From Octopus vulgaris (taxonomy: Eukaryota): a stretch of DNA of 64,000 nt. The stretch is from contig OX597818.1 of assembly GCA_951406725.2 (NCBI GenBank), positions 96,224,001-96,288,000 of the forward strand, given 5' to 3'. Below the pieces are notes generated by a model. The model searched no databases and was not told the DNA's origin. It saw nothing but the letters and a program-made list of their open reading frames with translations. Below, piece by piece: positions 1 through 14,161 of the stretch. The position numbers were made by a program, and so were the translations under genes. Position 1 is the stretch's first letter; every line of letters starts with the position of its first letter.

Positions 1-169
1 AATCCAAGCAAATATCCAGTTCTTTACGTTCTAAGTTCAAATCTCGCCTGGGTCAAATTTGCTTTTTATCTTTTCAGGATAAAGTTCTACTTAAGTCCTA
101 GATATAAAATAATCAACTTGCTCCACTCCTTTTAAAATTGTTGCTGGCCTTGTGCTAAAATTAGAAAGA

Positions 170-228
<59 letters not shown>

Positions 229-603
229 AGGCGGCGAGCTGACAGGATCTTTACCGCGCCAGACAATGTTTAGCGGCATTTCTCACGACTTTTTTTAAAC
301 GGATATGTTTGAAAGAACACACACACACACACACACACGCACGCACACACACACTCACACGCGCGTGCACACACACACACACATATACACAACATGCATA
401 CGTTTAGCAAATGCATATTATTTTAATTACAAATGACACGTAAATCTCTCATGTTCGTACGTGCATGCATACAGAAGCGCACTCATAAACAGACTTACAC
501 ACAAACACACCCATACATATACACACATGCCCAAGGTGCCACACAGTGGGACTGAACCCGGAACCATGTGGTTCGTAAGCCAGCTACTTATCACACACCC
601 ACT

Positions 604-703
<100 letters not shown>

Positions 704-894
704 AACTTCACGGCAGGAGGTGCAGATGAGGACAGCTGCATCGAACTCTCTCATGCACCAAATGGCAATTGCTAAAAAGCATTCGTGAAGTAAAATCATG
801 TAGCAACACCAAATGGCGGTGTCCCAGCATGGCCACAGCTTGTGAGCTGAAACTAGATTAAAGAAAAAAAAATATATATATATATATATGCATG

Positions 895-941
<47 letters not shown>

Positions 942-950
942 ATATCTATA

Positions 951-984
<34 letters not shown>

Positions 985-1436
985 TCATGCATCTCCACCA
1001 CAAAATATAAAGCGCACAAACAGGATTTATTTGGGACATAGCAGCAGCAACAATAGCAGGGAAAAGGTGCGGTGTTCTATTTAAGTTTAGGGCACACACA
1101 ACAGTCTATGCAACAGAAATGTGAACTAAAACATAATCAGCGTCCACGACCTTTCATTACAAAAGCAGTGAGATATAGGTATGCTGATATTCGTTGACAT
1201 AATTCCCACCTTACATAAGCTGTGCTTGACGTCACTCACTCTCTCTCTCTCCCTCTCCACTCTCCCCCTCTTCCACCTCTCCCCCTCTCTCTCCTTTTCC
1301 ATCTCCCTGTCCCACTGTTTGTCTGCCTGTCTCTTTGTCTTGTCTATATGTCTGGATATTGTGTATCTATGTATACCTTACTTCTGTTTTTGAGGCATTT
1401 TTTACCTCAACTATTTTCTTGATATTTATAATTACC

Positions 1437-1668
1437 TATTTCTTTATTACCCACAAAGGGCTAAACACAGAGGGGACAAACAAGGACAGACATAGGTATT
1501 AAGTCGATTAGATCGACCCCAGTGCGTAACTGGTACTTAATTTATCGACCCCGAAAGGATGAAAGGCAAAGTCGACCTCGGCGGAATTTGAACTCACAAC
1601 GTAACGCAGACGAAATACGGCTACGCATTTCGCCCGGCGTGCTAACGTTTCTGCCAGCTCGCCGCCTT
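1437..1668 (-). mobile_element. tRNA-derived SINE family B (aaggcggcgagctggcagaa head), full copy
   Basis: Near-identical to copies at 56538-56757, 57083-57325, 59508-59740 and 63200-63435; B-box-like gagttcaaattcc and core gcctttcatcctttcggggtcgataaa on the minus strand. Confidence 0.9.
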
Positions 1669-1739
1669 TATTTATAATTACCGTTAGTGCATTACCCACA
1701 CTGGCTGTTTGTCTGTCTGTCTGTATGTGTGTGTGAGTG

Positions 1740-1771
<32 letters not shown>

Positions 1772-1905
1772 TGTTTCTGTGTGTGTGTATTATGTGTGTT
1801 ATCAACCAGATGGTATTACTTAGTTTCGCACCTTTCATTGATAACATCGAAGGTACGTTTTTTTTACCCTGTCGTTGTTTATTTACATTTTTTCATTTAT
1901 TATAT

Positions 1906-1936
<31 letters not shown>

Positions 1937-2527
1937 TATATATACATACACATACACACACACATATATACACACGTGTGTGCTTGTGCGTGTGTGTATG
2001 TATTTTTGTATACCTACCTACCTACTTACCTACCTACCCACATCCCATATACATACAAACATGCATGCATACATACATACATACATACATACATACATAC
2101 ATACATACATACATACACTTTCAGTTGCGCCAATCAAATTGAATACGCTTCGCTGAAGAGATCTCATAAGATCAATATGTATTTGCTACGTTGATCAGTT
2201 AACTTTAAACACTAGATCCATTCCATGTCTACAATTGCCCAATCTATATTATCCGAAAGTTTCAGTCAACTGAATTTATTGGAGTTACCTCTCTTGCCAG
2301 TAGTTTCAGTTTTTTAACACACTTAAAGGGATTCTTTTGTCCCGTAGTTGCTCGGATCATCTCAGCTGATCGGAGTTATTTTACAAATGACTATATTACA
2401 TATATGGGGCGGTACTGTATTTTTCTCTAGTATGAAGGATGCTAGTCTGAATTATTTTATCTCAATTTTATTTCAGTTATATATGTAGGCGTGGCTGTGT
2501 GGTAAGTATATATATATATATACATAT

Positions 2528-2645
2528 ATCACTTGATCACTTGACCGACCAGTCCGTCAGGCGTCCATTTGACACCGCTGGTCACAGCACGCTGTCCACT
2601 CCTCTCTGGATTGCGCCTTTCTCATCCACGTGATCCCCTCGTCGT
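2528..2645 (-). mobile_element. 3' end of RTE-like LINE inserted in (TA)n
   Basis: Minus strand reads ITWMRKAQSREEWTACCDQRCQMDA* followed by a short tandem tail (caagtgat)2; (TA)n on both sides. Confidence 0.55.
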
Positions 2646-2648
2646 ATA

Positions 2649-2714
<66 letters not shown>

Positions 2715-4264
2715 GTGGTAATGCTTCATCAAGTAGAAAAACAGTCGATCAGCTAAGAGAGCAAAGATAATCTTATAATAAAAAAATACAAATCTTGTAA
2801 AATACATCTACCTAGGGTTTCCTGGACGGAATAATTGTTTATTTTGACATTTACCCAGCTAAAAACAAGGCCGTTAGTCAGTTGTCTTTTGAGCAATTAG
2901 CGTTTAAACAAGAGACGTTGGTGAAAAAGGAGACAAGAAGAAAAACACCATGGAGGTAACGTTACAATAATTCGATTTCAAGCAAATCTAAACCAGATGT
3001 TAATGGTTCACAAAGTGTTCGTTCGTCTACTTTTATATTCGACAGCTCGGATATCACGTTTGATAACTGTACGACCATTGTCATTGTTCGCTGAAACCCG
3101 TTCTTCGAAATCAACGGAAGATATATCGCACTTCTGTCCTAGAGGACATTTAGATTTTTGTCTCTATATGTGTATCTGAGGCAGGCTTGAGTCGCCTTAC
3201 ACTTTTCCCCCTTAATGTTAGAACAAATGTAGGTAGAAGCCGCAGATACAATAAAATCTTTAACAGACACATGATACAAGTTACTTTTTTATCCCTTAAT
3301 GTTACGTCATTTATCAATAAGCAATGAGTAACATACACACACACACACACACACAGAAGGTGACAAAGACAGTAAAGGGGAAACGAATTAGATATCTGTT
3401 ACCTGAGAAAATTAACGCTTTGATTTTGGTTTGCCAAATTAATCTTCTAATACAAATAAAATACTTCTAAATCCAAATATTGAATGGGTTGGACATTTTT
3501 GATTTCATTTATGTTGACTTGTACAAAGGAGATAAGGCAGCGAGATGTTTGCTAAACGTTTGGGTTACCATTTGCATGATGAAGGAGACAACGAAATTTG
3601 TCGAGGTTTTGTCGTTACTACGAACGACAAAACATCGAGAGTTCTAAATGTTATTGCTCTTGGTGTAGTTGTAGTAGCAGTTAAAGAGTAGTTAGCTGCT
3701 AGCTGTGCTACTAATTTCCAATATTTTTTGTCCTTCGACTGTTCATTACCTTTTTGTTGTCAGTTGCTGTAGCCGTCTCTGTTGGCTTACAGTGTCTGTC
3801 AATGCTTTCCCTGCTGCTTCCCAAATCTCTCTATCAAGTAGTCGAGGTGTGCCGAATTTATAATGATGAATGGGTTCAGAAGGAAGCGCACTAAAAGATA
3901 AAACGGTCGCTAGAGCCTATTCCACGCAAAATCGCGATTGGTTAAATTTTGCTGACACCCATGGGCAATATTCTAACGGATCGCAACATAGGGTGATTGC
4001 TGAATATTCCCACTACAGTCATTTAATGTCCTTATCGCTACTAGAACACGCAGTATTATTATTTTCTTATATTGACACAAAGCTATGTATTGGTAGGGCA
4101 ATGGTAAATAGAATAGACTCAAGTACATGAATGCCAAGTTTTTTATCAATCTCAGAGTAATTTGCAGCAATTCAAAGTCCAGTTGTCTATATGGGCGTTT
4201 TCAGTATTTTGATTGAGGGTGCTCTACACACACACACACACATACATACATACATTACATACAT

Positions 4265-4329
<65 letters not shown>

Positions 4330-4335
4330 CATATA

Positions 4336-4493
4336 TACGGCGGGCTTCTTTCAGTTTCCGTCTACCAAATCCACTCACAAGGCTTTGGTTGGCCCGAGGC
4401 TATAGTAGAAAACACTTGCCCAAGGTGCCACGCAGTGGGACTGAACCCGGAACCATGTGGTTGGTAAGCAAGCTACTTACCACACAGCCACCT
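4336..4493 (-). mobile_element. SINE family A, 5' half
   Basis: Matches the head of the full copies at 20757-21158 and 60687-61107. Confidence 0.85.
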
Positions 4494-5244
4494 GTGAATT
4501 TTGAAACACATCCATGGCTGGATACTGAGTCTACATGGAAATTACGGATTACAATATTCACACTTAGATTTACAAAGCTAGACGAGAACGATATAGTGGA
4601 TTTATTTGTTTTAAGTCTTTGAGATATGGTGGCCGGTTACTGCAATAAAATTAAGTAACCTGAAATGACAAAAGATGGCGTTGGAGATGATGTTACATAC
4701 TATTCAAGAACAAAAAAGAAAATAATAATTGTCATTGCATCTAAATTTACTAACAGTAAAATATATTCAGTGGACGAATAAGACTTTATCCATTGAAATA
4801 ATAACCAGGACAATCTTGTATTGATTTTGTTAGTTCTCATAGATAAATATCAAAATATTGTAAATTTCTTATATCCTTTGCGGAAGTGGCTATTAGAGAT
4901 GCTTTTTACCAAAGACTAAACAAGGAAACCAATCGAAAGGTCGTTTGACATTGCTTTACTTTGTCTCGTATCATAAAGCTGAGAACATCTAAACGTTGCA
5001 GGATGTAATTGTTACAGTCGAGGTGGAACTATCCACTATTTGTGTGATGGAAAACATTAATAGGAATGATTGTAATCTTTATGTAGACGTTGTTAAGAAA
5101 TCTTCAATTCAAGCAACATTTGTTTGTGGTGGGCATCAATGGAATGTCCAGCTGTTGGAGAATTAACTTCAGTTCAAACGATAGTTGTTTGTGGTAGGTA
5201 TCAAAAATGTAGCTGCAGTGAATGTTCTGTTGATAAATGGCATA

Positions 5245-5639
5245 TCTCTATATATATAAAGCTGAAGTTGTCTGTGTATGGCAGGTTTGGTAGCCTTCAA
5301 CTAACAATATCTTCTCCGAGACCCTGCGGCGCAAGTTGATCAAAATTGAAAGTTTGATAGAAGAAGGCTTGCTCTTCCTTTCGTAGAAGAAAAGAATTCA
5401 AATCGGACCATGTTAACACAAAAAAATTATTTACATAAAAAAGGTGCTATTTTTCTATGAAAATCCCTAATTTTTACGATTTTTTTGACTGCTGTGTCGC
5501 CAGTTTTCGGTGTATTTCAACCAGAAAAATGTTCACTTAAAGAGAATAACAAGCTACATAATGTAAAACTTTTACTTTTCAAAAATTCCAATTCTAAAGG
5601 GTCGAAACAAACCCGAGCAAGGCCGGGCGATACTGCTAG
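5245..5639 (+). mobile_element. Non-autonomous Helitron
   Basis: A|TC start (tctctatatatataaa), subterminal GC hairpin cccgagc-aag-gccggg at 5612-5627, CTAG|T end at 5636-5640, no TSD. Confidence 0.8.
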
Positions 5640-7374
5640 TTAATTATAAAACGATAAGATATTTTGCGAATAATTATCGAAAACTCAGTAATATCAGCTG
5701 TATGAATCCGCTAAAGACTTCGGTGGAAATAAAGTTTAAACGGAAATAAGTCCAATCAGTGGAGGCTTAATTAATTGCGGAGTGAATTACTTTTTATTCC
5801 CGAAGTTGTTACGAAAAAGCTTGGCGTTAAATCGTATTCTAAGTTATATCAGAAGGCAAGATCTCTTGATGAAAACAAATTTAACATAATTGGAAAGATT
5901 GGAAACATTGAAGTAAACAATTGCTACACAGGAACTGAAGTTTTTGTTGTTCCAGGCATTTCTCATTTTACCGTTTTCCGAATCCTCGAACAATCACAAT
6001 TTTGATTACTTTGGACTAAATTTAAAGCTAAACTTCCATCTTTGGTTGTATCTACATGTCATTCATCTAAAATTCAATCAACTATTTTCACAGAGTCGAA
6101 TATTTACTGACATTACATTCATCAAATCCATAACTAGCCATCTTATGCAATCAACAAAACCGTGGCAGCGATTATCACTTGATATTAAGGGGCAACTCTT
6201 ACATTTGTCGGTTGTTGATAAGATTATGCGTTACCCTTTCGCATTTGCCTTAAGGACAGCAACTTCTCCCGCTAACATTTAATGTTTGTCCTCATTATTT
6301 ACCTTGATTGGTGCTTCAAACTTTGTTCATAGTAACAGTGGCATTCAGTTTGGTAGGAAAAACGTCTAGGAATTATAAAATGTCGTTAGAATGTTCGAAC
6401 GACTAGAACGATGTCTGATGAAGGAGAAAACGGACAAAATAAATGACTGAATGTTGTGCTAGGGAAAATGTACTCTGTTATCTATAATGTAAACAAACAA
6501 AACCATAAAAGAAATGGCGGCGAGAAACTATCACTTGCTAAAATGTATACTGGGACTTTATTTTCTAGAATTGCAAAGATGCAGTCTCCTCAAACTGTGT
6601 TTAATTTTGCAAATCGTACAACATTACAGACGATTTATGATAAAGAAAAAAGCAATAAAGTTAAAAATTTAAAGAAAATCTGTTATCAAAACTGACCCAT
6701 TGGTTGAATAGTTGCTAGTAATTGAAATACTTTCGTATGTCACATCCTCATTCAATTTGCAATAAAAGAGATGTAATTCAGTCTTAAGTCATTAATCATC
6801 AGCCACTGAACTCGGGTTTGAGATTGATAAAATTGCAAACATTTCCGTATGCTGTTCTCTCACTTAAGCAAACAGAAGTACTATATAACTACAATTACTT
6901 TGAAACTGAGAATCACAATACACAGCTACCTCACAACATACTGCAGGATATGATATTTCTGGACTACACCGTACTACACCAGGTTATCTACGATATATTC
7001 AACTAATTGCCTCTACAATACCTTCTTAAGGTTATCAACTTTTCTTTTTATTTTCATGGATCTGTTCGACTAGAGCCGACTGCTGCTAAGCAAGAACAAG
7101 TGCAACGACAACGACGACAAAAAGAAGCAAAAAAGAGAAAAAGCAGGAACTGCAATAACACACGATAGCTTTACGAAAAGTAACAATATTCATAGTAACA
7201 ACTGCAGCACCATAAGATGGTTTAGAAAATGAAAAAAATATATAAAAGACTTTCTTTTTTTTCAAATTCAGACCTGCGAACAATAGCCAAAGATTTGATT
7301 ACAACAAAATCAGTACAACATTCAATAGGCCCCAAGGTTTGTTTTCTTTTAATAGTTTCCATTTATCCCAGAAA

Positions 7375-7631
7375 GTGGAGGCGCGTGGCTTAGTGGTTAG
7401 GGTGTCAGCATCATGATCGTAAGATTGTGGTTTCGATTCCTGGACCGGGCGACGCGTTGTGTTCTTGAGCAAAAACACTTTATTTCACGTTGTTCCAGTC
7501 CACTCAGCTGGCAAAAATGAGTAACGCTGCGATGGACTGGCGTCCCATCCAACTGGGGAACACATACGCCATTGAAACCGGGAAACCGGGCCCATAAGCC
7601 TGGCTAAGCTTTAAAAAGGCACATTTATTTT
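7375..7631 (+). mobile_element. tRNA-derived SINE family D with CORE-like segment
   Basis: A box tggcttagtgg, B box gtttcgattcc, CORE-like tgtgttcttgagcaaaa; 14-bp TSD atttatcccagaaa at 7361-7374 and 7632-7645. Confidence 0.9.
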
Positions 7632-9636
7632 ATTTATCCCAGAAAATTTATTATTTTTGATATTTTGGTGGTAACATCGTTAGAGCGTCGGAAAACTGTC
7701 TTTTGGTATTTGTTTCGGTTCTTTAAATCAAAGATCCATTCCTCCGAGGTTAACTTTTTATTTTTATTTCTCCAGAGTCGATAAAATAAGTATATGTTGA
7801 GCACTGGGATCGATGAAATCGACTTCACCCTCCTCTCAAAATCGCTGGCCTTATGCCAAAATTAGAAAGAAAATCAATTTCAAATTTTGGCACGAGGCCA
7901 GCAATTTAGAGGAAAAGGGTAAGTCGATTACATCGACTCCGGTCCTCAACTAGTACTTGTCTTACCGATCCCGAAAGGGATAAAAAACAAGGTTGACATC
8001 AGCGGAAAATGAAGATGGACGAAATGCTGCTATTTTGCCCGACATGCTAACGATTTTGCCAGCTCGCTGCCTTAAAATTAGAAAAAAATACCCAGGCTTA
8101 TGAAGTCAGTGTGCTGGCAGAATCGTTAGAGCGTCGAAAAATATGCTTTTCAGTATTTCTACTGGATCTTTACATTCCGAATTCAAATCCTTCAGTGTCA
8201 ACTGTTCCTGCCATCCTTCCATCGTTTGAGAAAATAAAGAATCAGTTAACCAATACTGGGTTATCTCCTCTCTTTTAAATTGCTGGCCTTATGCCTACAT
8301 CAGAAATAATATTTAGTTTCATGGTTAAAAATAACTCGCTGTCCAATTCATGGCTTAAAAAAATAATGACCACAGCGATAGATTTTAAAACATTAACGTA
8401 ATCTACAAGATTTCCAATAAATGGTAGCTCCAAGTTAGAGACAACAAGAAGTCATATGCAGTGAAAGACATTCTAAAGAATAAGACAATAGCCATACAGA
8501 GTTTGAGATCCAGGTTCAATTCTATTTTGCAACAGTTTATCCTTGCTCTACGAAATTAATAGAACTGGCCTCCACTGGATTTGATGGTAATTTCTAACCA
8601 TAAAAGTCAAACAACTGCCTACTTTTCAATACAAATGTATAAGATAAATATTTATCTTCATAATATTTATGTGCGTGTGTATATATATATATCTGTATGT
8701 GTGCGTGTATATTACAAGAGTGTAGAATAAATATTCCTTTTCATATGTATGTGCATGTATGTATATATGTATGTGTAAAATGTAAATAAAATACGTAATC
8801 TGAGATGATAAGTCTAAGTAATCTGAAGTGATAATCCAGTGGGTAATTCAGTTATAGAATAGCAACGAGTTTGACCGCGTCAACATAGAGAAAAATCGAT
8901 TCGAATATAGAATGACATTCAACTCAGACAAACAATAACTAACAAGATAAAAAGTCGAATTAACTTGATCCTGAATGGTTGAAAGAAAGAAATCCTTTAT
9001 ATCTCGGACTTATTTGCTTTTCATCGGAAGGAAAAACAGAGGGGGTGGGGAGAGAGAACAGCAAAGGGGAAAAGTGTTAATCCACGTACGATTACGAGAA
9101 GAGAAAGATTTCCGGATGATTTTCCCCGCTGCCTCACTTCGTGTGTTTTTTCTTTGCAATGAAGAACAAATAAATCAGCATGGTCAAACATTTCATTCAT
9201 GCTAATTGATCATTAAACCGTTCTGTTTGTTGTCTGTGTTGGTATTCTACATTAGAATATATTCTCCATGCAGACACGTTCAGCTCAGACGCGCTTGTAT
9301 CCATACGAAATTATTTCTAATATTACCAACTTGTGCTCCACAATATTTCCATTTCTGATTACTTCGGGTTACCATCAGGTCTAATTATAATTCTACCTAC
9401 ACCAGTTTTCCATGTCCCTCGTCCTTACTTTTGTCTCACAGCACATTACAACTCACCTTGATGTCTCATCTCAAAACACAATAATGCCTTACATCAAAGT
9501 TTCTTTTTCTTTTAGAAGTGCATGAACTTCGTCTCTTCTTTTCATCCTTTTTTTTAATTTATTCTAAGTAAGTCTGGAAAGTCAAACATGTCTTTTCTTC
9601 ATTCATTCAGCATAAAGCTAATACATTTTCTTGCTA

Positions 9637-9686
<50 letters not shown>

Positions 9687-9875
9687 CGATTTTCAATGCA
9701 ATATCTGTTTACCAAATTATTTTAGCCACAAGGCCATGATCAGCCTGAGGATATACCATGGAATACGATGGAAATAAAAGTTACGTAGTTGAAAATTAAA
9801 ATTCCTAAGTATAAACCCACAGGAACACATACATACATACATACATACATACATACATACATACATACATACATA

Positions 9876-10320
9876 ACAGGCTGGAAAAATTATGTACTGT
9901 CATAGACTTTAGCTGTCCTACTGATGTGATTATCTTTTTGAAAATGAAAGAAAAAGAGGATAAATATTGACAACTGCTTTGAAACCTCCATCTTCTGTTC
10001 TCAAATTATACATTCACATTTATACCAATTGGTATAAATTGGTGCACTTGATTTTGTGAGTAAATGCTTCAGCGACAATCTGGATAAGCTTGGATTTTCA
10101 GAAAAAGAAAACAGCCAACTAACTCGCACATTATAAATAACTAACTTGAACATTACAAATGCCATCTGTAGGTGGAACAGTAAAAATATGCAAGGCTTTC
10201 TTCCAGTTTAAAATGGAACGTTGTTTTTGTTATCTACATTTCAATGATGGAGCTTTCTATTTTCATTTAAAATCAGCCCCTCCTTCAAAGAAAGAGTTCA
10301 TTTAATTAAAGTCAGACGAG
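9876..10320 (+). mobile_element. Decayed 3' end of an R4/Dong-like (RLE) non-LTR element
   Basis: KLCTVIDFSCPTDV..KMKEKEDKY*QLL..FTFIPIG resembles the RLE domain at 18535-18867; flanked by (CATA)n and (CA)n. Confidence 0.5.
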
Positions 10321-10350
10321 AATACTCACACACACACACACACACACAGT

Positions 10351-10424
<74 letters not shown>

Positions 10425-10427
<3 letters not shown>

Positions 10428-11102
10428 TCGCTGACGTATCCGGTAATTCCCGGCAAAGCGGGGTTTATCCCTTGGTTTCGTTCTCATAATTGTTTTGCTA
10501 ATCCAATATCAACAATATAAAGTATGTAGCCCTTAAAACGGTTTTTGTGCACTTACAGAATATACTGAACTGTATTACTATGGATCTTATTTTTAAGAAT
10601 TCTCAATAAGTTATGAATACCCAAATTGTGAAGTCAATTATGTAATAACATGAAATTAGTTACTCGATAGTAAGAATTCAAATAAAGTAGCCCCGAAAAG
10701 GGTTTAATGCGTTCCCAGAGTATATAGAACTTATGAGGAAATACTAATAAGGTGTGTATACGAAAATTGTGAAGCATGTTATGTAATAACAGGCTAATCA
10801 GATATGAGATAATAACAATTCAAAGTAAATAACTCTGAAAAGGGCGTTTGTGTGTTCCCAAAGAATATTACCCTCAGGGGCGCTAGTGCTAGTATATTTG
10901 TGAATAAGTCACTAACCGAAATAAGTGGATCTATTGTTTAGGAAAATACTATTTACTTGTTTAAGGGTTGTACTGGATAAATTGCGAAAATAACTCCAAC
11001 AGTTCAAATACTAATAAATTTCCTTTTTAAAATAATGGGATATATTATTAGATATATATAAGGATTCCTTCCAGTAGCCCTATTATCAGTTTTTTCCTTA
11101 TA
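10425..11102 (-). mobile_element. Probable non-autonomous Helitron with degenerate internal ~140-160 bp tandem units
   Basis: actcg (for actag) plus ccgg..ccgg hairpin at the left end; recurring aaattgtgaag..tatgtaataaca at about 10623 and 10764. Confidence 0.4.
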
Positions 11103-11361
11103 CATACATACATACATATATATATACATACATACATAGCCCTATATATATATATATATATACATACATACATACATACATACAGATATATATGTATATG
11201 TGTGTGTGTATGTGTGTGTGATATGTATATATAGGTCATATATGTCATATGTGTATATATAGTAAATCTAAAAAAAGAACAGAAAAAATAACAAAAATAA
11301 CAACATGAGGACGTGGTACATGTAAAGTATTAGCAGATACTCAGGGAAGGAAAGAAAGGTA

Positions 11362-11396
11362 GTTTAACATTTCGAATAATGCACTTCTTCAGAAAC
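11362..11396 (-). ncRNA. Minimal type I hammerhead ribozyme, decayed
   Basis: Minus strand GUUU-CUGAAGA-AGUGCAUUAUUC-GAAA-UGU-U-AAAC; stem I GUUU/AAAC is intact and stem II is degenerate. Confidence 0.55.
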
Positions 11397-11505
11397 AGAG
11401 GATAGACAATTAGAAAGGAAAACGGAAGAAGAGAATCACCAACGATTCACTTGGGGCTACATTTTGAAATGTGTATATGTATATATATTTATATATGCAT
11501 TCATT

Positions 11506-11537
<32 letters not shown>

Positions 11538-11710
11538 CATACATACAGACAAATACACACACATACTTGTGTATGCGTTTGTGTGTGTGTTTGTGTTTAA
11601 ATTTGTTTGCATTTGGGATTCTACAAATATCATGGAGCTATGGAAGCTGTCTTTTCTCCCATCTATTGGGTTTGCACATTTAAAAACGTGTGAAACAAAA
11701 GATCCCTCAC

Positions 11711-11752
11711 TTAACAAAACAGATCAGAGTTAGCGACACAAAGAGCATCTGT
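11711..11752 (-). other. Candidate host exon; frame and gene unknown
   Basis: Long polypyrimidine acceptor ttctttttctttgttctttttttgcag. Reads TDALCVANSDLFC* (phase 0) or xRCSLCR* (phase 1); a gtgagg donor directly follows. Confidence 0.3.
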
Positions 11753-12106
11753 CTGCAAAAAAAGAACAAAGAAAAAGAATATTTGTCACACCTATACTTG
11801 TATGAGGAAATGGATGTAAAGACAAATAGATTAGAATATTCTGCTATTTTGAGGACAATAATAGATCATCTCTTATCTTCTGATAGTGGCATTTTTATGA
11901 AATGTATAAGATAAACCCATCAAAAGATATTCACAGCAAAATAACAAAGATAGTGTTAAAATTATTATAGTATTACTTATTAACTAATGTAGAATTAACA
12001 AGCTAGAGACTAAAAATGTTATTTATTATTTAAATGCCAAAAGGACTGTATGTGAGCATACATATATAAATGTGTGAGCTTGTATGTATGTATGTATGTA
12101 TGTATG

Positions 12107-12137
<31 letters not shown>

Positions 12138-12452
12138 TGTATGTATGTGTGTGTGTGTAAGCATGTATGTGTATATGTGTATATATATATATGTGTGTGT
12201 GTGTAAGCATGTAAGTATGTATGTACGTACGTATGTATGTATGTATGTATGTATGTAAGTATGTATGTATGTATGTATCTATATCTACACATATGTGTGC
12301 ATAAGTGAGTGCATGTGTTTTTGCAGGTGCACATGTGTGTGCTGGTGTATAACACACTCAAAATCACACACGCACACATTTGTATGCATGTATACATGTG
12401 TGTATGTATGTGTGTATATATACAATATATATATATATATATAATATATATG

Positions 12453-12524
<72 letters not shown>

Positions 12525-13131
12525 GTGTTTGTGTGCATATGTATTTAAAGAGATGTGTGTGTGTGTCTGTATAATGTATGTTAGCAAGTAAACATGGTTG
12601 TCATTAATAACTAGTTGTGGCAGCTTTACACAGCCAGAAAATAAAGTTAATCACAGACCACAAAACAAAGCACTTTGTAAATATGTGTGAATAAAAACAG
12701 AAAAAAAAACAACATCCCCTACCCACAAAAATAACAAAATACTGAAGAAAATGACAACTAATATGAAGCAAAATTATACCAGCTACTACTACAACAGCAA
12801 CAACAACTATCCTATGCAAAGCACCTATACTGACAACAAGAACAAAGACATCTTGCCTGTGTAAAAATGAGCAAACTATAACTAGGTGTGTGAGGAAACT
12901 ATTTTTCTGGGGTTTTTTATGAAGAAAGAGAAATTATTTCACACATATTATACCAACAAAGGAGTTTGTTGTGTGGTGAGAAGCTTGCTTCTCAACCACA
13001 TGGTTCCCTGTCAGTTCCACTCCATGGCACCTTTGCCAAGTGTCTTCTACTATAGCTTTGGGCCAACCAACGCCTTGTGAATGGATTTGATAGATGGAAA
13101 CTGAAAAAACCCCATCGTGTGTGTATATATA

Positions 13132-13500
13132 TATACAAAAATTCTATAATTATGAGTATAATTATAATTAGGGTTCAGCAAAATTTGCTTCACCACATAC
13201 CGAAATTTAGAAATAGCAGTTAAATACTATTCCACTACCATAAGATATCTCCCAGACAGCAATACTCTACAACTGCGTGAGTTGTAGAGTATTGCTGTCT
13301 GGGAGATATCTTATGGTAGTGGAATAGTATTTAACTGTTATTTCTAAATTTCGGTATGTGGTGAAGCAAATTTTGCTGAACCCTAATTGTAATTATACTC
13401 ATAATTATAGAATTTTTGTATAAAGTATAACCGATAATGGTTCTTTTAACATACTGAACTACTTGGTAAAATTATTAATTGATTAATTAATTTTACCCTT

Positions 13501-13503
<3 letters not shown>
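13132..13503. mobile_element. Fold-back element 1 (Penelope-like architecture)
   Basis: Inverted arms 13132-13274 and 13280-13422 with about 2 mismatches, 5-nt loop gcgtg, unpaired tail 13423-13503, (TA)n on both sides. Confidence 0.75.
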
Positions 13504-13528
<25 letters not shown>

Positions 13529-13534
<6 letters not shown>

Positions 13535-14161
13535 TTAGTGAATTGAAGAAATGGAGTTGAACGAAGATTGAACAGAAATCCTTTTATTGCATTCTACACG
13601 TGTTTGAAAGCCACAATTTACCAAATTCCGATTGAATAAGGAGACCATATTGTGTCTTTCTCTTCAGGAAGAAATAGGAATTCCGATGGCAAAACAAAAC
13701 AGAACAGGGCGCAGCAAAACAAATTGAACGAGGAGGCTCTAAGAGCCCATGGCCAAACTGTTTATCAATCAGATTGATAAACAGTTTGGCCATGGCTCTT
13801 AGGAGCCTCCTCGTTCGATTTGTTTTGCTGCGCCTCTGTTCTGTTTTTGTTTTGCCATCGGAATTCTATTTCTTCCTGAAGAGAAAGACACAATATGGTC
13901 TCCTTATTCAATCAATTTGGTAAATTGTGGCTTTAACTGTGTAGAATGCAATAAAAGGATTTCTGTTCAATCTTCGTTCAACTTCATTTCTTCAATTCAC
14001 TAATAATATTAAAATTCAATTATCCGCACCAACGCACGGTTGCAACACCATATGGTTGTACCTCCAACCGTGCTTTCTTCTGCTGTGATTTTTGCTACCA
14101 AGGTATCGGTTAAACTTTTGATTAATCTGCAACAAGATTATTCATCTTTCTATTTCACTAA

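Larger units (their letters stand above)
3500..6900 (+). mobile_element. Highly decayed Gypsy-like LTR retrotransposon internal region, interrupted by a SINE and a Helitron
   Basis: About 6136-6352 translates HLMQSTKPWQRLSLDIKGQL..LSVVD..RYPFAFA..CLSSLFTLIGASNFVHSNSGIQF, matching the rve integrase core. A gag-like IRQR occurs near 3532. Boundaries are uncertain. Confidence 0.6.

Noticed and set aside
1810-1852. Plus-strand mini-exon ccag|ATGGTA..GAAG|gtacgt
   Set aside because: Weak polypyrimidine tract, no partner exons, surrounded by microsatellites.
7375-7450. tRNA gene calls at SINE heads (also 29895-29970 and 34960-35035)
   Set aside because: A/B boxes continue into SINE bodies flanked by TSDs; no proper cloverleaf.
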